A stretch of DNA of 64,000 bases, taken from Octopus bimaculoides (lineage: Eukaryota). Shown here in pieces: positions 63,577 through 64,000 of the stretch. The stretch lies in contig NC_069001.1 in NCBI RefSeq assembly GCF_001194135.2, positions 34,901,042 through 34,965,041 on the forward strand, in the 5' to 3' direction. Each line of letters starts with the position of its first letter. Positions within the stretch are counted from its first letter, which is position 1. The notes under the pieces were generated by a model. It made no database searches. It was not told the DNA's origin and worked only from the letters and a program-made list of their open reading frames with translations. The position numbers were made by a program, and so were the translations under genes.

Positions 63577-63635
63577 TTGTTAGGAATTTTATAAAAAAAA
63601 ATTTGTTAAAATATTTTGTGTATATTTTTGTATAC

Positions 63636-63807
63636 AGGCGCAGGAGTGACTGTGCGGTAAGTAGCTTGTTTACCAACCACATGGTTCCGGATTCAGTCCC
63701 ACTGCGGGGCACCTTGGGCAAGTGTATTCTACTATAGCCTCGGGCCGACCAAAGCCTTGTGAGTGGATTTGGTAGACGGAAATTGAAAGAAGCCTGTCGT
63801 ATATATG

Positions 63808-63838
<31 letters not shown>

Positions 63839-64000
63839 TTGTGTGTCTGTGTTTGTCCCCCCAGCATTGCTTCACAACCGATGCTGGTGTGTTTACGTCC
63901 CCGTAACTTAACGGTTCAGCAAGAGAGACCGATAGAATAAGTACTAGGTTTACAAAGAATAAGTCCTGGGGTCGATATGCTCGACTAAAGGCGGTGCTCC
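63636..64000 (+). mobile_element. SINE B, well preserved, runs off the window end
   Basis: AGGCGCAGGAGTGACTGTGCGGTAAG..GGCACCTTGGGCAAGTG..GGATTTGGTAGACGGAAATTGAAAGAAGCC..GGCGGTGCTCC. Confidence 0.9.

Noticed and set aside
1-64000. Numerous track ORFs rich in HT/CV/YI/LS/poly-X
   Set aside because: They are translations of (CA)n, (TG)n, (TA)n, (CT)n and trinucleotide repeats, or read-through of N-gaps.

Overview
AT-rich, microsatellite-saturated animal genomic DNA from a gapped draft assembly (16 N-gaps). It is most likely an octopus/coleoid cephalopod, inferred from the SINE repertoire and not proven. I found no intact, recognisable host protein-coding gene, and no rRNA, true tRNA or CRISPR array. 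Nearly all ORFs in the supplied track are microsatellite or N-gap read-throughs. The supportable features are mobile elements. There are several tRNA-headed SINE families (my labels A, B, D) built from interchangeable head, body and tail modules, and an unclassified (CAA)n-tailed repeat (E). A 5'-truncated RTE-type LINE carries a Cys/His finger, with scattered copies of its apparent 3' end (C). Three hAT-type MITE copies are present, two with 8-bp TSDs, plus a Tc1/mariner MITE and an internally deleted mariner. A decayed rosa/DD41D-like transposon sits at a TA inside the HTH-coding region of a second Tc1/mariner-type element. The most notable large-scale signal is a switch near 47.5-49.9 kb: most repeat copies to the left keep their CpGs, while those to the right show CpG->TpG/CpA decay. 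This suggests the edge of a methylated domain, possibly a gene body with a candidate minus-strand terminal exon at about 50.5-50.65 kb. Smaller unexplained structures include CTTCGAAG-centred palindromes, a 37-bp-arm hairpin enclosing a consensus splice donor, a conserved-core minisatellite, a diverged duplication about 7.3 kb apart and tandem kB-like sites. I cannot claim a proven new biological system; these are leads.
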